DNA from: Pseudomonadota bacterium
Lineage (GTDB): Bacteria; Desulfobacterota; Binatia; Binatales; Binataceae
Direction of reading: 5' to 3'
Assembly (NCBI GenBank): GCA_021325025.1
Contig: JAJPHZ010000004.1
Location: forward strand, 2,927-66,926
Length of the DNA stretch: 64,000 nt
The translations under genes and the position numbers were made by a program. Positions 17,874-27,544 of the stretch are shown here, one piece after another. Under the pieces are notes generated by a model. That model was not told where the DNA came from and ran no database searches. It saw only the letters and a program-made list of their open reading frames with translations. Numbering within the stretch: the stretch's first letter is position 1; every line of letters begins with the position of its first letter.

Positions 17874-18956
17874 CTACGACGACGATTCGGCCTCCTCATT
17901 GTGGCCGACGAAGGTGGGGACGCCGGTCTTGTCGACCACGGCTTTTTGCAGGGCATTCATGTCCACTTCGTCCTCCAACCCCATCTGCTGCACCAGCTTG
18001 GTGGCGTGATTCCACAACCCCGGATACATCCCGTACAGGTCGTCGTGCACCTCAACGTACAGCCGATTGGCGCGCCATCCGAACTTGACCGGCTGATAGA
18101 CGAACGCTCCGGGCATCCCAATCCGCACCATGTGAAAGAGCACTTCGATGTCTTCGGGATAAAGCCGCACGCAGCCGTGGCTGACCGTCATGCCGACACC
18201 CCACGGCACGTTGGTGCCGTGTATCCCGTATTCAGGCAGGCTCAACTCGATGCGATAGCGACCCAGCGGATTGTCGGGATCGCCGCCCGGGATCATGTGC
18301 TCAGCCTCGCCGTCGCGCTCCAGATGCTCCTGGTAGATGTCGTTGGGCACCACCCAGGTCGGATCCTTGGTCTTGCCGCGAATCCGGAACGGACCAACCG
18401 GGGTCTTCCAGTCGAAGCGCCCCAGTCCGACCGGGAAAGTATAAACCACCCGCGCCGGCTCCCCCGCCGCGACCACCGTCTTGCGCTTGCCCTTGCCCTT
18501 GATGAGGACCGGCGTCGGGTAGAAATAGATCCGCATCTCCGGGATGTTGAGCACCACCCCCTGGCGTGGACCGGCGGGCAGAATATGTTGGGTCGGCAGG
18601 ATAATCTCGCGACCCGCCGGCGGCAGCCACCAGTCCATGTGGCCGTTGGCGTCGGACACCTCCTTGCCCGACAGATCGTAGTAGCGACCGACGTCGAGCA
18701 AGGTATCACCCTTTTTTAGCTTGTAGGTGAGGATTTCGCCGATGATGTTGTCGCGACCGGGCGGGACCGGATATGCCACCAAGGTGCGATGGGCGAAATC
18801 GCTCTCGCTCCAGCCCAAGGCGCCGGGTGCGACTGCGGACAGCACAACCGCCATAGACACCAGCAAACCTGCCACCAGGCCCCATCCAGGCCTGGAAAGC
18901 CTCCGCGCCGGACGCTCGTACCCAACCCCTCGCTGCATTGTCATCTTATACCCCAC
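17874..18956 (-). CDS. L,D-transpeptidase (YkuD domain) with LysM-like N-terminal domain
   Basis: 360-aa ORF. Signal/TM segment, LKKGDTLLDVGRYY (LysM-like), and the catalytic HGTNVPWGVGMTVSHGCVRL motif. Confidence 0.85.
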   Translation of the reverse strand: MGYKMTMQRGVGYERPARRLSRPGWGLVAGLLVSMAVVLSAVAPGALGWSESDFAHRTLVAYPVPPGRDNIIGEILTYKLKKGDTLLDVGRYYDLSGKEVSDANGHMDWWLPPAGREIILPTQHILPAGPRQGVVLNIPEMRIYFYPTPVLIKGKGKRKTVVAAGEPARVVYTFPVGLGRFDWKTPVGPFRIRGKTKDPTWVVPNDIYQEHLERDGEAEHMIPGGDPDNPLGRYRIELSLPEYGIHGTNVPWGVGMTVSHGCVRLYPEDIEVLFHMVRIGMPGAFVYQPVKFGWRANRLYVEVHDDLYGMYPGLWNHATKLVQQMGLEDEVDMNALQKAVVDKTGVPTFVGHNEEAESSS

Positions 18957-18980
18957 CAGAAAATCATAAATGAGGCCATC

Positions 18981-21158
18981 TTACTGGGCAATCAAGCGCA
19001 GCCGTGCGAACTTCAACATCAACAGCTTGGTTCCGGCGCGGTCGAAATGCACCCAGGCCTTGGCGCCCTCGCCACGTCCCTCCCGTCGGCGCACCACTCC
19101 GGCGCCGAAGGTGGGATGCTCCACGCGCGCGCCGACCGCGATTTCGCCGTCGCCTTCATGCTCGGGCAATTGGCTTTCGGAATAGTCGACGTACGGCTCG
19201 CGCGACGGTATCCGGATCGGCTCGTTGCGCGGCGGCGGTCCGGCACGCCGAATCAAGGCGGCATCGATCTCGGCCAAAAAGCGCGACGGCCGTGATTCCT
19301 GGCGACGGCCGTATTGCTCGCGGCTGAGCGTGTTGGTCAGGTACAGCAGCCGGCGCGCTCGCGTCATCCCGACATACAGCAACCGGCGTTCCTCCTCGAT
19401 GTCGCTGGGAGCTTCGGCGCGGCTGTGCGGGAACAGCCCCTCCTCCATCCCGGCGATAAACACCACCGGGTACTCCAGGCCTTTGGAGGTATGCAGCGTC
19501 ATCAGGGCCACACTGCCGCCTTTCTCCGCCACCTGATCGGCGTCGCTGACCAGGGCCACCCGTTCCAAGAAGTCGCCCAGCCCGCCCGGTCCGCCGAACT
19601 CCGCATCAAAGCTGGCGGCCGCCGCTAGCAACTCGTCCACGTTTTCGCGCCGCGCCGCGGCGTCGGTCAGCCGCTCGGTGTACGCGAGATAGCCGCTGGC
19701 GTCGATTACCTCCTCAAGCAGTGCATGCACCGTGACCGTAGGCGCCTTGGCAATCAGCCCGCGCAGCCATTGATGCAGGGCGGTTATCTGGCGCGCGATG
19801 CGCAGGGCGATCGACGATTCGGTCTCGGCACGCCCCAGCGCATCGAACAGAGTGACGCGCTCGCGCGCCGCCCCCATCTCCAGCGCCTCGATGCTGCGCT
19901 CGCCGATTCCGCGCGGCGGCGCGCCAATCAGCCGCGTCAGGCTGACCGCGTCAGCCGGGTTGGCGATCACGCGCAGATAGGCAAGCAGGTCGCGGATTTC
20001 CTGGCGGTCGTAAAAACGCCATCCGCCCACCACGTAGTACGGGATGCGCCGGCGTACCAGCGCCTCTTCGATTACCCGGCTCAGTGCGTTGGTACGGTAG
20101 AACACCACCACGTCCGAGGGCTTGTAGGATTCCTGGCACAGCCGCGCGATCTCGCGCGCGATGAAGTCCGCCTCCTCGCGTTCGGTGGCGCCGGTATAGC
20201 AGGTAATCGGCTCGCCCCGCTCGTTGTCGGTCCACAACTCCTTTTCCTTGCGTTCGGTGTTGTGGACGATCACGGTGTGCGCGGCCGCCAGGATGGTCTT
20301 GGTGGAGCGGTAATTCTGTTCCAGCTTGAAGACCCGCGCGGCGGGAAAATCGCGCTCGAACTCCAGGATGTTGCGGATGTCCGCGCCGCGCCATCGGTAG
20401 ATCGACTGGTCCTCGTCGCCGACCACGCAGATGTTGTCCTTGCCGGCGGCCAGCGCGCGCAGTAGCAGGTATTGCACGCGGTTGGTGTCCTGATATTCAT
20501 CGACCAGCAGGTAATTGAACCGCGCGCGCCATCGTTCCAGCACCTGCGGATGGGCCTGGAAGAGCAGATGAGTCAGCAGCAGCAGGTCGCCAAAATCAAG
20601 CGCGTTAAGGTCGCGCAGGCGTTGCTGGTAGATGCGGTATATTTCCGCAATCGCCGCCGCGTCGGCGCTGACGCTCGAGGCGGCCAGGTCCTGCGGCGTC
20701 AGGCCCTCGTTCTTGGCCTGATCGATCCGCACCCGCACCACACCCAGGTTGGGAGCGCCGGGCAGATTGGCCGCCTCGATCGCACTGCCCAGCGCCGCGG
20801 CGGAATCGGACTCGTCGTAGACGGTGAAGTTGCGTCGGTAGCCCAGATGTTCGATGTCCTGGCGCAGGATGCGCGCGCACGCCGAATGAAAGGTGGAAAT
20901 CCACAGCCGCGATGCGTGCGCGCCCAGCAAGCCCGCCAGCCGCTCGCGCATCTCCGCCGCCGCCTTGTTGGTAAAGGTGACCGCGAGCAGTTCCTCGGGT
21001 CCAAACTTGCGCTCCGTCAGCAGGTAAGCGATACGATAAGTAAGGACGCGGGTTTTGCCCGAACCGGCGCCGGCCAGAATCAAGAGCGGGCCGTCGCCGG
21101 CAGTCACCGCCTGGTATTGTGCGGGATTCAAATCGTCAAGTTTTACTGGAATCATCAA
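18981..21158 (-). CDS. uvrD: ATP-dependent DNA helicase, UvrD/PcrA/Rep family
   Basis: 725-aa ORF. LNPAQYQAV...LILAGAGSGKTRVLTYRIAYL, LLVDEYQDTN, YRS and VTLMTLHTSKGLEYPVVFI helicase motifs. Confidence 0.9.
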   Translation of the reverse strand: MMIPVKLDDLNPAQYQAVTAGDGPLLILAGAGSGKTRVLTYRIAYLLTERKFGPEELLAVTFTNKAAAEMRERLAGLLGAHASRLWISTFHSACARILRQDIEHLGYRRNFTVYDESDSAAALGSAIEAANLPGAPNLGVVRVRIDQAKNEGLTPQDLAASSVSADAAAIAEIYRIYQQRLRDLNALDFGDLLLLTHLLFQAHPQVLERWRARFNYLLVDEYQDTNRVQYLLLRALAAGKDNICVVGDEDQSIYRWRGADIRNILEFERDFPAARVFKLEQNYRSTKTILAAAHTVIVHNTERKEKELWTDNERGEPITCYTGATEREEADFIAREIARLCQESYKPSDVVVFYRTNALSRVIEEALVRRRIPYYVVGGWRFYDRQEIRDLLAYLRVIANPADAVSLTRLIGAPPRGIGERSIEALEMGAARERVTLFDALGRAETESSIALRIARQITALHQWLRGLIAKAPTVTVHALLEEVIDASGYLAYTERLTDAAARRENVDELLAAAASFDAEFGGPGGLGDFLERVALVSDADQVAEKGGSVALMTLHTSKGLEYPVVFIAGMEEGLFPHSRAEAPSDIEEERRLLYVGMTRARRLLYLTNTLSREQYGRRQESRPSRFLAEIDAALIRRAGPPPRNEPIRIPSREPYVDYSESQLPEHEGDGEIAVGARVEHPTFGAGVVRRREGRGEGAKAWVHFDRAGTKLLMLKFARLRLIAQ

Positions 21159-21266
21159 ACTTGCAGCCGGTAATAATTAGTTAATGAACGGATGGAAGGT
21201 TAAGGATAGCGGCTTTGCGCCGCCGCTTAAAGCGGGATCGCGCACCTGTGGGGAGCGGCGTTAGCG

Positions 21267-21881
21267 ATGGCCCACTACCAGCCGCAGGACAAGTACTTCA
21301 AACGTGCGCGTGAACAGGGCCTTCCTTCGCGCGCCGCCTTTAAGTTGAGCGAACTGCTCCAGCGCTACCGTCTGCTGCGTCCGCGCATGCGCGTGCTGGA
21401 TCTCGGATGCGCACCAGGCGGCTTTCTGGCCGTGCTGGCCCGGATGGCGGGCAGCGAAGCCACGATCGTCGGCATCGATCTGGTGGCCTGTCCGCTGGCG
21501 CCGTCCAAAACTGCGGTCGTGATCGGGGACGTGGCCGATCCGGCAGTGCGCCATGCAGCTCTCGATTTGCTGGGCGGGCGGGCCGACCTGATCATTTCCG
21601 ACATGGCGCCCAAGCTCAGCGGAATACGGGCGCGGGATGAGGCGCGATGCGAGGAGCTGCTCGCGCTGGCGTTGCAGACCGCCGCCGAAATCCTCAAGCC
21701 GGGCGGCGCGATGATTGCCAAGGCGTTCATGAGCGGCGATTTTGCGCGAACCCTGGCCGCCTTCCGCGCCCGCTTCGGCAGCGTCGATATCGTGCGCACC
21801 GCCGCCACGCGCCCGGGCTCACGGGAACTGTACCTGGTTGCCCGCCAGTTCCATCCGGCGGTGGCGCAGTGCGATAATTGA
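21267..21881 (+). CDS. rlmE: 23S rRNA (uridine-2'-O)-methyltransferase RlmE/FtsJ
   Basis: 204-aa ORF. YFKRAREQGLPSRAAFKLSEL...VLDLGCAPGGF...ISDMAPKLSG, typical of RlmE. Confidence 0.9.
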   Translation: MAHYQPQDKYFKRAREQGLPSRAAFKLSELLQRYRLLRPRMRVLDLGCAPGGFLAVLARMAGSEATIVGIDLVACPLAPSKTAVVIGDVADPAVRHAALDLLGGRADLIISDMAPKLSGIRARDEARCEELLALALQTAAEILKPGGAMIAKAFMSGDFARTLAAFRARFGSVDIVRTAATRPGSRELYLVARQFHPAVAQCDN

Positions 21882-21919
21882 GTTGCGCAAGGTTTTTGCG
21901 CGGCATCGGGAGTAGCAAG

Positions 21920-22705
21920 ATGCTCAAGTCAGTCGGATGGTTGATCGCATTGTACGCGGCATTGGCGATCCTCGGGTGCGCTTCCAACAGTGCGCCCGAC
22001 GCAAGCCAGATCAAGGTCGAAGTCGCCAACGTCGGCGTCGATCGCCAGGGGATGCCGTACGTGGTGCTGCAGGATTCCTCGGGCGATCACGTGCTGCCGA
22101 TCATGATTGGGGAAAATGAAGCGCAGGCAATCGCCATTGAGTTGCGCGGGCTCAATCCCGGCCGCCCGCTGACCTACGACCTGATTCGCAACCTGCTTAA
22201 CGCTACCGGCAATCATGTCGATCGGGTGGAGGTCACCGACCTGCGCGAACAGACCTACTACGCGACCATCTACCTCGACCACGGACGCCATCAGGTGGAC
22301 AGCCGGCCCAGCGATGCAATCGCGGTCGCGTTGGCAACCAATGCGCCGATTTATGTGCAGGCCAAGCTTTTCCAGCCCGGCACCGCCGACGTCAAGGCCG
22401 ACGGCACCCTGCCGGTGGCCACGCACGGCCTGGGGCTGACCGTGCAGGAACTGTCACCCGATATAGCGCAGTACTTTGCGGCCAAACCCGGCAGCGCGCT
22501 GCTGGTTGCCGACGTCTCGGGCGATGCGGGACGCGCGGGCGTCGCGCGCGGCGACCTGATTACGCACGTGGGCCGCAAGCCGGTGCATACGCTGACCGAT
22601 TTCCAGCGCAACGTCGCTCACGCCGGCCACGACCATCCGCTGACCCTCACCATCGAACACAACGGCCGCCCGCGCAACGTCACGCTGCAGATGGGCATGC
22701 AGTAG
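21920..22705 (+). CDS. Predicted lipoprotein with DUF151 (bifunctional nuclease family) domain fused to a C-terminal PDZ domain
   Basis: ORF 21878..22705. ATG at 21920 with GGGAG upstream. Signal peptide MLKSVGWLIALYAALAILGC (lipobox). The DUF151 core is VLPIMIGENEAQAIAIELRG...RPLTYDL...TYYATIYL...DSRPSDAIAVAL. The C-terminus GLTVQELSPD...VADVSGDAGRAGVARGDLITHVGRKPV is PDZ-like. Confidence 0.7.
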   Translation: MLKSVGWLIALYAALAILGCASNSAPDASQIKVEVANVGVDRQGMPYVVLQDSSGDHVLPIMIGENEAQAIAIELRGLNPGRPLTYDLIRNLLNATGNHVDRVEVTDLREQTYYATIYLDHGRHQVDSRPSDAIAVALATNAPIYVQAKLFQPGTADVKADGTLPVATHGLGLTVQELSPDIAQYFAAKPGSALLVADVSGDAGRAGVARGDLITHVGRKPVHTLTDFQRNVAHAGHDHPLTLTIEHNGRPRNVTLQMGMQ

Positions 22706-22811
22706 AACGGCAACAGGCCTCGCTGCCCGGTTGAAGTTTCAAACCGATGACCAAAGGAGTGCCGCGCGATTGTAATCGCGCCGCGCTCCTGCACCATAGC
22801 AGCGTGGATGG

Positions 22812-25064
22812 CTACTTCTGCTTGAGTGCCTTGAGCACCTGCGGCGGCGACATCGGCAATTGGTTGATGCGCACCCCGACCGCACGGTAGACCGCGTTGG
22901 CCACCGCCGCCGGCGGCGGCACGATCGAAACTTCGCCCACGCCGCGGATGCCGAGCGGATTGTCGGGACCCGGCACCTCCACGATGTGGGTTTCGATCAG
23001 CGGCAGGTCCAGACAGGTCGGCATCCGGTAATCAAGAAAACCGGCATTGCGCAGATTGCCCTTGTCGTCGTAGACGTACTCCTCGTTGAGCGCCCAGCCG
23101 ATGCCCTGCGCGGTGCCGCCCTGCATCTGGCCTTCGACGTAGCTGGGATGGATGGCACGGCCGGCGTCCTGCGCCACCGTGGCGCGCAGGATTTGAATCT
23201 TGCCCGTCTCCGGATCGACCTCGACGTCCACGCAGCATCCCGCAAACGTGCCGACCCCGCCCCGCGCGCTCACCCCGGCCTGGCCGCTGACCGGACCGCC
23301 GGTGCGCCCAAACTTCGCCGCCAGCTCCTTGATCGTCATCGGCGGCACGCCGTTGTTCTTCGAGATCAACTTGCCTTCGGCGAAATCCACATCCTCGGGC
23401 TTGATCTGCCACAAGCGCGCGGCGCGCTCCTTGAGTTGGCGCACCGCATCCTGCGCCGCCTCGTAAACCGCGGCGCCGGTGGAATGCGTGGTACGGCTGC
23501 CGCCGGTCATCGCGGTGTAGCCGATCGAATCGGTATCGGCCACCATCGGACGCACCTGGGTCGGATCCAGCCCCAGCACTTCCGCCGCGATCATCGCCAT
23601 CGAGGCGCGGCTACCGCCGATATCCACCGATCCGGTCACCACGCTGGCGGTGCCGTCGTTGTGCACGTTGACCACCGCCGAGGACTGGCCGCCGGCGTGG
23701 AACCATACGCCGAAGGCCACGCCGCGTCCGCGATGGGGGCCTTGCAGCCTGGACTTGTAATGCGGGCTGTTCTTGAGCGCCTGGCAGGTTTCGATGAACC
23801 CGATCTTTTTGTAGGGCGGCCCAAAGGGACGGGCACTGCCCGCCTTGACGCCGTTTGTGATGCGGAAGTCGATCGGATCCATACCGCAGCGCTCGGCCAG
23901 TTCATCGAGCACCGTTTCCACCGCAAAGGCCACGTTGGTAGCACCCGGCGCCCGATAGGCCGCGGTGCGCGGCTTGTTGACCAGCACATCGTAGCCGTCG
24001 ATCAGGAAATTGGGCACCTCATAGCAGCTGATTGCCGTCATCGCACCGGCGCCCACCGGCGAGCCCGGATATGCGCCGGCCTCGTAGGCCAGCCACACCT
24101 GCGCGGCGGTCAGCTTGCCCTCCTTGTTGGTGCCGATCTTGACCTTGATCGAGGAGCCCGACGTGGGCCCCGTGGCGCGCAGCACCTCGGCGCGGCTCAT
24201 CACGAATTTCACCGGATGGCCGGTCTTCTTCGACAGCAGCACCGCCAGCGGTTCCATGTAGATCATCAGCTTGCCGCCGAAGCCGCCGCCGATCTCGGCG
24301 GGGACCACTTTAAGGTCGCCCTCCGCCATCCCGGCCACCAGCGCGGTTAACTGGCGCGCCTCAAACGGGCACTGAGTCGAGGTATAAACCGTGGCGTGGC
24401 CGTCGGGGTTGTAGATCCCCAGCGCGTTGTGCGGTTCGATGTACCCCTGATGCACCATCTTGGTTTCGAACTGGCGCTCGATGACGAAGTCGGCCTGCTT
24501 GAAACCCTCTTCCAAATCGCCGCCCTTGAACTGAATGTGGCTGGCTACGTTGGTGGGCTTGTCGGGCGATTCCTTGGTGCGGCGCTCCGGATGGAGGATC
24601 GGCGCATCGGGCGCCATCGCCTGATGCACGTCGAGGACCGCGGGCAGCACTTCGTATTCCACCTCGATCAGGCTGCACGCCTCTTCCGCAATATGCGGCG
24701 AAGTGGCGGCCACGGCCGCCACCGCGTGGCCGTTGTAAAGCACCTTGCCGCGCGCCAGCACGTTGTGCGTGGTGTGGCGCAGATTGGTGGGCACCTCGCC
24801 GATCGGCTCAGCCTTGTCGGGCAGCTCGGGCAGTTCCTCGCCGGTCAGCACCGCCTTTACTCCCGGCAGCGCCAGCGCCTTGTCGACCTTGATCGATTTG
24901 ATGATCGCGTGAGCGTGCGGGCTGCGCACAATCTTGCCATGGAGCATGTCGGGAAAGGCGTAGTCGGCGCCGTACTTGGCGCGGCCCGTCACCTTGTCGG
25001 TGCCGTCATGGCGAACCGGTCGCGTTCCGATTACCTTGAATTCCTGTCGTGCTTCCTCAGCCAT
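22812..25064 (-). CDS. Xanthine dehydrogenase/aldehyde oxidase family molybdopterin-binding (large) subunit
   Basis: 750-aa ORF. N-terminus FKVIGTRPVRHDGTDKVTGRAKYGADY and IGGGFGGK..., typical of CoxL/XdhB-type large subunits. Confidence 0.9.
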   Translation of the reverse strand: MAEEARQEFKVIGTRPVRHDGTDKVTGRAKYGADYAFPDMLHGKIVRSPHAHAIIKSIKVDKALALPGVKAVLTGEELPELPDKAEPIGEVPTNLRHTTHNVLARGKVLYNGHAVAAVAATSPHIAEEACSLIEVEYEVLPAVLDVHQAMAPDAPILHPERRTKESPDKPTNVASHIQFKGGDLEEGFKQADFVIERQFETKMVHQGYIEPHNALGIYNPDGHATVYTSTQCPFEARQLTALVAGMAEGDLKVVPAEIGGGFGGKLMIYMEPLAVLLSKKTGHPVKFVMSRAEVLRATGPTSGSSIKVKIGTNKEGKLTAAQVWLAYEAGAYPGSPVGAGAMTAISCYEVPNFLIDGYDVLVNKPRTAAYRAPGATNVAFAVETVLDELAERCGMDPIDFRITNGVKAGSARPFGPPYKKIGFIETCQALKNSPHYKSRLQGPHRGRGVAFGVWFHAGGQSSAVVNVHNDGTASVVTGSVDIGGSRASMAMIAAEVLGLDPTQVRPMVADTDSIGYTAMTGGSRTTHSTGAAVYEAAQDAVRQLKERAARLWQIKPEDVDFAEGKLISKNNGVPPMTIKELAAKFGRTGGPVSGQAGVSARGGVGTFAGCCVDVEVDPETGKIQILRATVAQDAGRAIHPSYVEGQMQGGTAQGIGWALNEEYVYDDKGNLRNAGFLDYRMPTCLDLPLIETHIVEVPGPDNPLGIRGVGEVSIVPPPAAVANAVYRAVGVRINQLPMSPPQVLKALKQK

Positions 25065-25179
25065 GGCTCAGCTCTCCTCGGTGCCGCCAAGTTATCACCA
25101 TTTCCAAACTGACACTACGAAGGCCGCGCGTCGAGCGGCCTGCGGCGCATGCGCCACGGGTCCCGAGTACGGTATGCCG

Positions 25180-25217
25180 ATGAACGAAACCGCCCGCCCG
25201 GGCGCGGGCGAGCGGTT
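25180..25217 (-). terminator. Terminator-like hairpin after the ABM gene
   Basis: 30-nt hairpin AACCGCCCGCCCGGGCGCGGGCGAGCGGTT (12 bp, one mismatch). On the minus strand it is followed by TTTCGTTC. It separates the ABM gene from the Mo-subunit gene. Confidence 0.4.
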
Positions 25218-25257
25218 ATAACTTCGATGGGGTCGGAAGCGGCGTGATGCCGACGGT

Positions 25258-25551
25258 TTAGCGGCGGTCGATTTCCGTCATGACGTCGAGCGTGGTGGAT
25301 TCGATCATGTCGCCCAGCTTGGCGCGCAGCTCCGCCATGTGCGGAGTCTTGCCGTGGAAATCCAGCGCCTCCTTGTCGGCGTACACTTCGTAAAAGGCGA
25401 ACTGGGTCGGGTCCTTCAGCGCCTTGTGCAGGATGTACTGCTGGCAGCCCGGTTCGGTGCGGACCTTGGTGATCATGTCGCGAAAGGCCTTTTCCAGCTC
25501 CTGCTCGCGGCCCGCTTTTGCTTTCATTCTTGCGATGATGACGATTGCCAT
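25258..25551 (-). CDS. Antibiotic-biosynthesis-monooxygenase (ABM) domain protein, YgiN-like
   Basis: 97-aa ORF. IARMKAKAGREQELEKAF...EPGCQQYILHKALKDPTQFAFYEVYADKEALDFH matches the ABM ferredoxin-like fold pattern. Confidence 0.8.
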   Translation of the reverse strand: MAIVIIARMKAKAGREQELEKAFRDMITKVRTEPGCQQYILHKALKDPTQFAFYEVYADKEALDFHGKTPHMAELRAKLGDMIESTTLDVMTEIDRR

Positions 25552-25569
25552 TTCGGTCCCTCTTGTTTG

Positions 25570-25607
25570 AATTGGCGCGCCGGCGCTTGTAATTGGTGCG
25601 CCGGCGC
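25570..25607. promoter_or_regulatory. Two 17-bp direct repeats (AATTGG[C/T]GCGCCGGCGC) spaced 21 bp apart in the ABM/acyl-CoA dehydrogenase divergent spacer
   Basis: 16 of 17 positions are identical, and each copy contains the perfect 10-bp palindrome GCGCCGGCGC. Confidence 0.4.
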
Positions 25608-25719
25608 GAGGCTGCCCTGCTTGTATCCGCTGCCTTGCCCTTTTGCAAGCCGCAGGCGATTGTTAGAAGCGGACGCCGGACAGACCGCATCGATATCCGC
25701 ACACGGAGGAGCCAAGGGG

Positions 25720-26862
25720 ATGCTGGGGTTCGACCTGAGCGACGAACAAACCGAGCTTCGGGCGCTGGCGCGCAAGTTCGCGGAGCAGGAAATCATCCCG
25801 CGCGCCCGCGAGCACGATGAACATGCCACCTTCCCGCACGAGGTATGCGAGAAAGCTTTCGCCGCGGGCTTGATGAATTTCGCCGTGCCCAGGGAATTCG
25901 GCGGCCCGGGCCTGGGCGTTCTCGACGTCTGCCTGCTGACCGAAGAACTCAACTACGGATGCTCGGGGATCGCCAACGCGATCGCCGCCAACGACCTCGG
26001 CGTGCTGCCGCTGTTGATCGCCGGCAGCGAGGAGCAAAAGCGCATCTATTTGGGGCAATTGATGCAACGCCTGAGCTTTTGCGCGTTTGCGATCACCGAA
26101 CCCGGCGCGGGCTCCGACGTGGCGGCGATGGCGACCAGCTACCGGCGCGAGGGCGACGGCTACGTGTTAAACGGCATCAAGCATTTCATCTCCAACGGCT
26201 CGGTGGCGAACTGGTACACCACGTTTGCAACTTCCGATCGCCGCCTGCGCCACAAGGGGATTTCCTGTTTCGTGATGCCCGCCGATTTGCCCGGCATCAC
26301 CAAGACCAGGATGCACGGCAAGCTCGGGCAGCGCGCCGCAGATACCGGCGAGATCGTGTTCGACAACGTGCGCGTGCCCGCTTCCGCGCTGGTCGGCAAC
26401 GAGGGTCAGGGCTTTGAGTACGCGATGAAGACGTTTGAGCGCAGCCGCCCGCAAATCGGCGCGATCGCAACCGGCGTCGCGCAGCGCGCACTGGATGAAT
26501 GTATCAAGTACTCCAAACAGCGCAGCGCCTTTGGCCAGCCGATCGCCAACTTTCAGGCCCTGCAGTTCATGATGGCGGACATGGCGGTGGAAATCGAAGC
26601 GATGCGGCTGCTGACATGGAAGGCCGCTTGGTCGGTCGATCACGGCAATCCGCGCAACGTGTTCTCCAGCTACGCCAAGGTCTTCGCCGCCGACGCCTGC
26701 ATGAAAATCACCACCGACGCGGTGCAAATCTTCGGCGGCTACGGCTACATGAACGAATATCCGGTGGAAAAGCTGATGCGCGACGCCAAGCTGCTGCAAA
26801 TCTACGAGGGCACCCAGCAGATCCAGCGCGTGGTCATCGCCCGCGAGCTGCTCAAGGACTGA
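25720..26862 (+). CDS. Acyl-CoA dehydrogenase
   Basis: ORF 25339..26862. Start is MLGFDLSDEQTEL (ATG at 25720, GGAGGA upstream). Contains FAITEPGAGSD and QIYEGTQQIQRVVIAREL. Confidence 0.9.
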   Translation: MLGFDLSDEQTELRALARKFAEQEIIPRAREHDEHATFPHEVCEKAFAAGLMNFAVPREFGGPGLGVLDVCLLTEELNYGCSGIANAIAANDLGVLPLLIAGSEEQKRIYLGQLMQRLSFCAFAITEPGAGSDVAAMATSYRREGDGYVLNGIKHFISNGSVANWYTTFATSDRRLRHKGISCFVMPADLPGITKTRMHGKLGQRAADTGEIVFDNVRVPASALVGNEGQGFEYAMKTFERSRPQIGAIATGVAQRALDECIKYSKQRSAFGQPIANFQALQFMMADMAVEIEAMRLLTWKAAWSVDHGNPRNVFSSYAKVFAADACMKITTDAVQIFGGYGYMNEYPVEKLMRDAKLLQIYEGTQQIQRVVIARELLKD

Positions 26863-26919
26863 CCGGTTTTTTCCCAATAACAACGACGGCTGAGCTGAAC
26901 CAGTCCTGGGCCGATACCG

Positions 26920-27531
26920 CTATGCCTTGGCGCTGGGACGCGATGACACCTCCTCGCGCCATCGCGCGAGGTTCTTGTGACCGGGCTGGATGCGGATCTT
27001 CGACACCCGACCGAAATCGATTCCGCACAGCGCCGTGATGTCGGCGATGGTGAACTGGTCGCCGGCGATGAAGCGCCGCCCGGCCAGCTCCTCGTCCAGC
27101 CATGCGTAGCTCTTCTCGGCGGCGGCGCGGCAAACTTCGGCATACTGCGGCACCTGCGCGATGCGCCCTTTGAAAAACTCGCTGGTGTTGCGGAACACCT
27201 GCGCCACCGGCAGCAGAACGTGAAACTCCATGCGCCGGTTCCACATCTCGACCGCCGCCCGCTCCACGGCGCCCACGCCGAACAGCGGCGGCTGCGGATG
27301 GAGCTCCTCGAAGTAGCGGCAGATGGCGACACTTTCCGCGATATGTGTGCCGTCGTCCAGCTCCAGCACCGGCACCTCGCCCATCGGGTTGATGTCCTTG
27401 CGGAATTGAGGCTGCCGGTTCACAGCCCTGGTTATATCGACATCTTCGAAAGGCACCTGGATGCCCTTTTCGGCCACAAAGATACGCACCCGGCGCGGAT
27501 TGGGCGCCACGGCGCTGCTGTAGATCTTCAT
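26920..27531 (-). CDS. Glutathione S-transferase family protein
   Basis: ORF 26920..27633. Start is MKIYSSAVAPNPRRVRIF (ATG at 27531). Contains MGEVPVLELDDGTHIAESVAICRYFEE, the GST N-domain. Confidence 0.85.
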   Translation of the reverse strand: MKIYSSAVAPNPRRVRIFVAEKGIQVPFEDVDITRAVNRQPQFRKDINPMGEVPVLELDDGTHIAESVAICRYFEELHPQPPLFGVGAVERAAVEMWNRRMEFHVLLPVAQVFRNTSEFFKGRIAQVPQYAEVCRAAAEKSYAWLDEELAGRRFIAGDQFTIADITALCGIDFGRVSKIRIQPGHKNLARWREEVSSRPSAKA

Positions 27532-27544
27532 CGCATTCTCCTGT

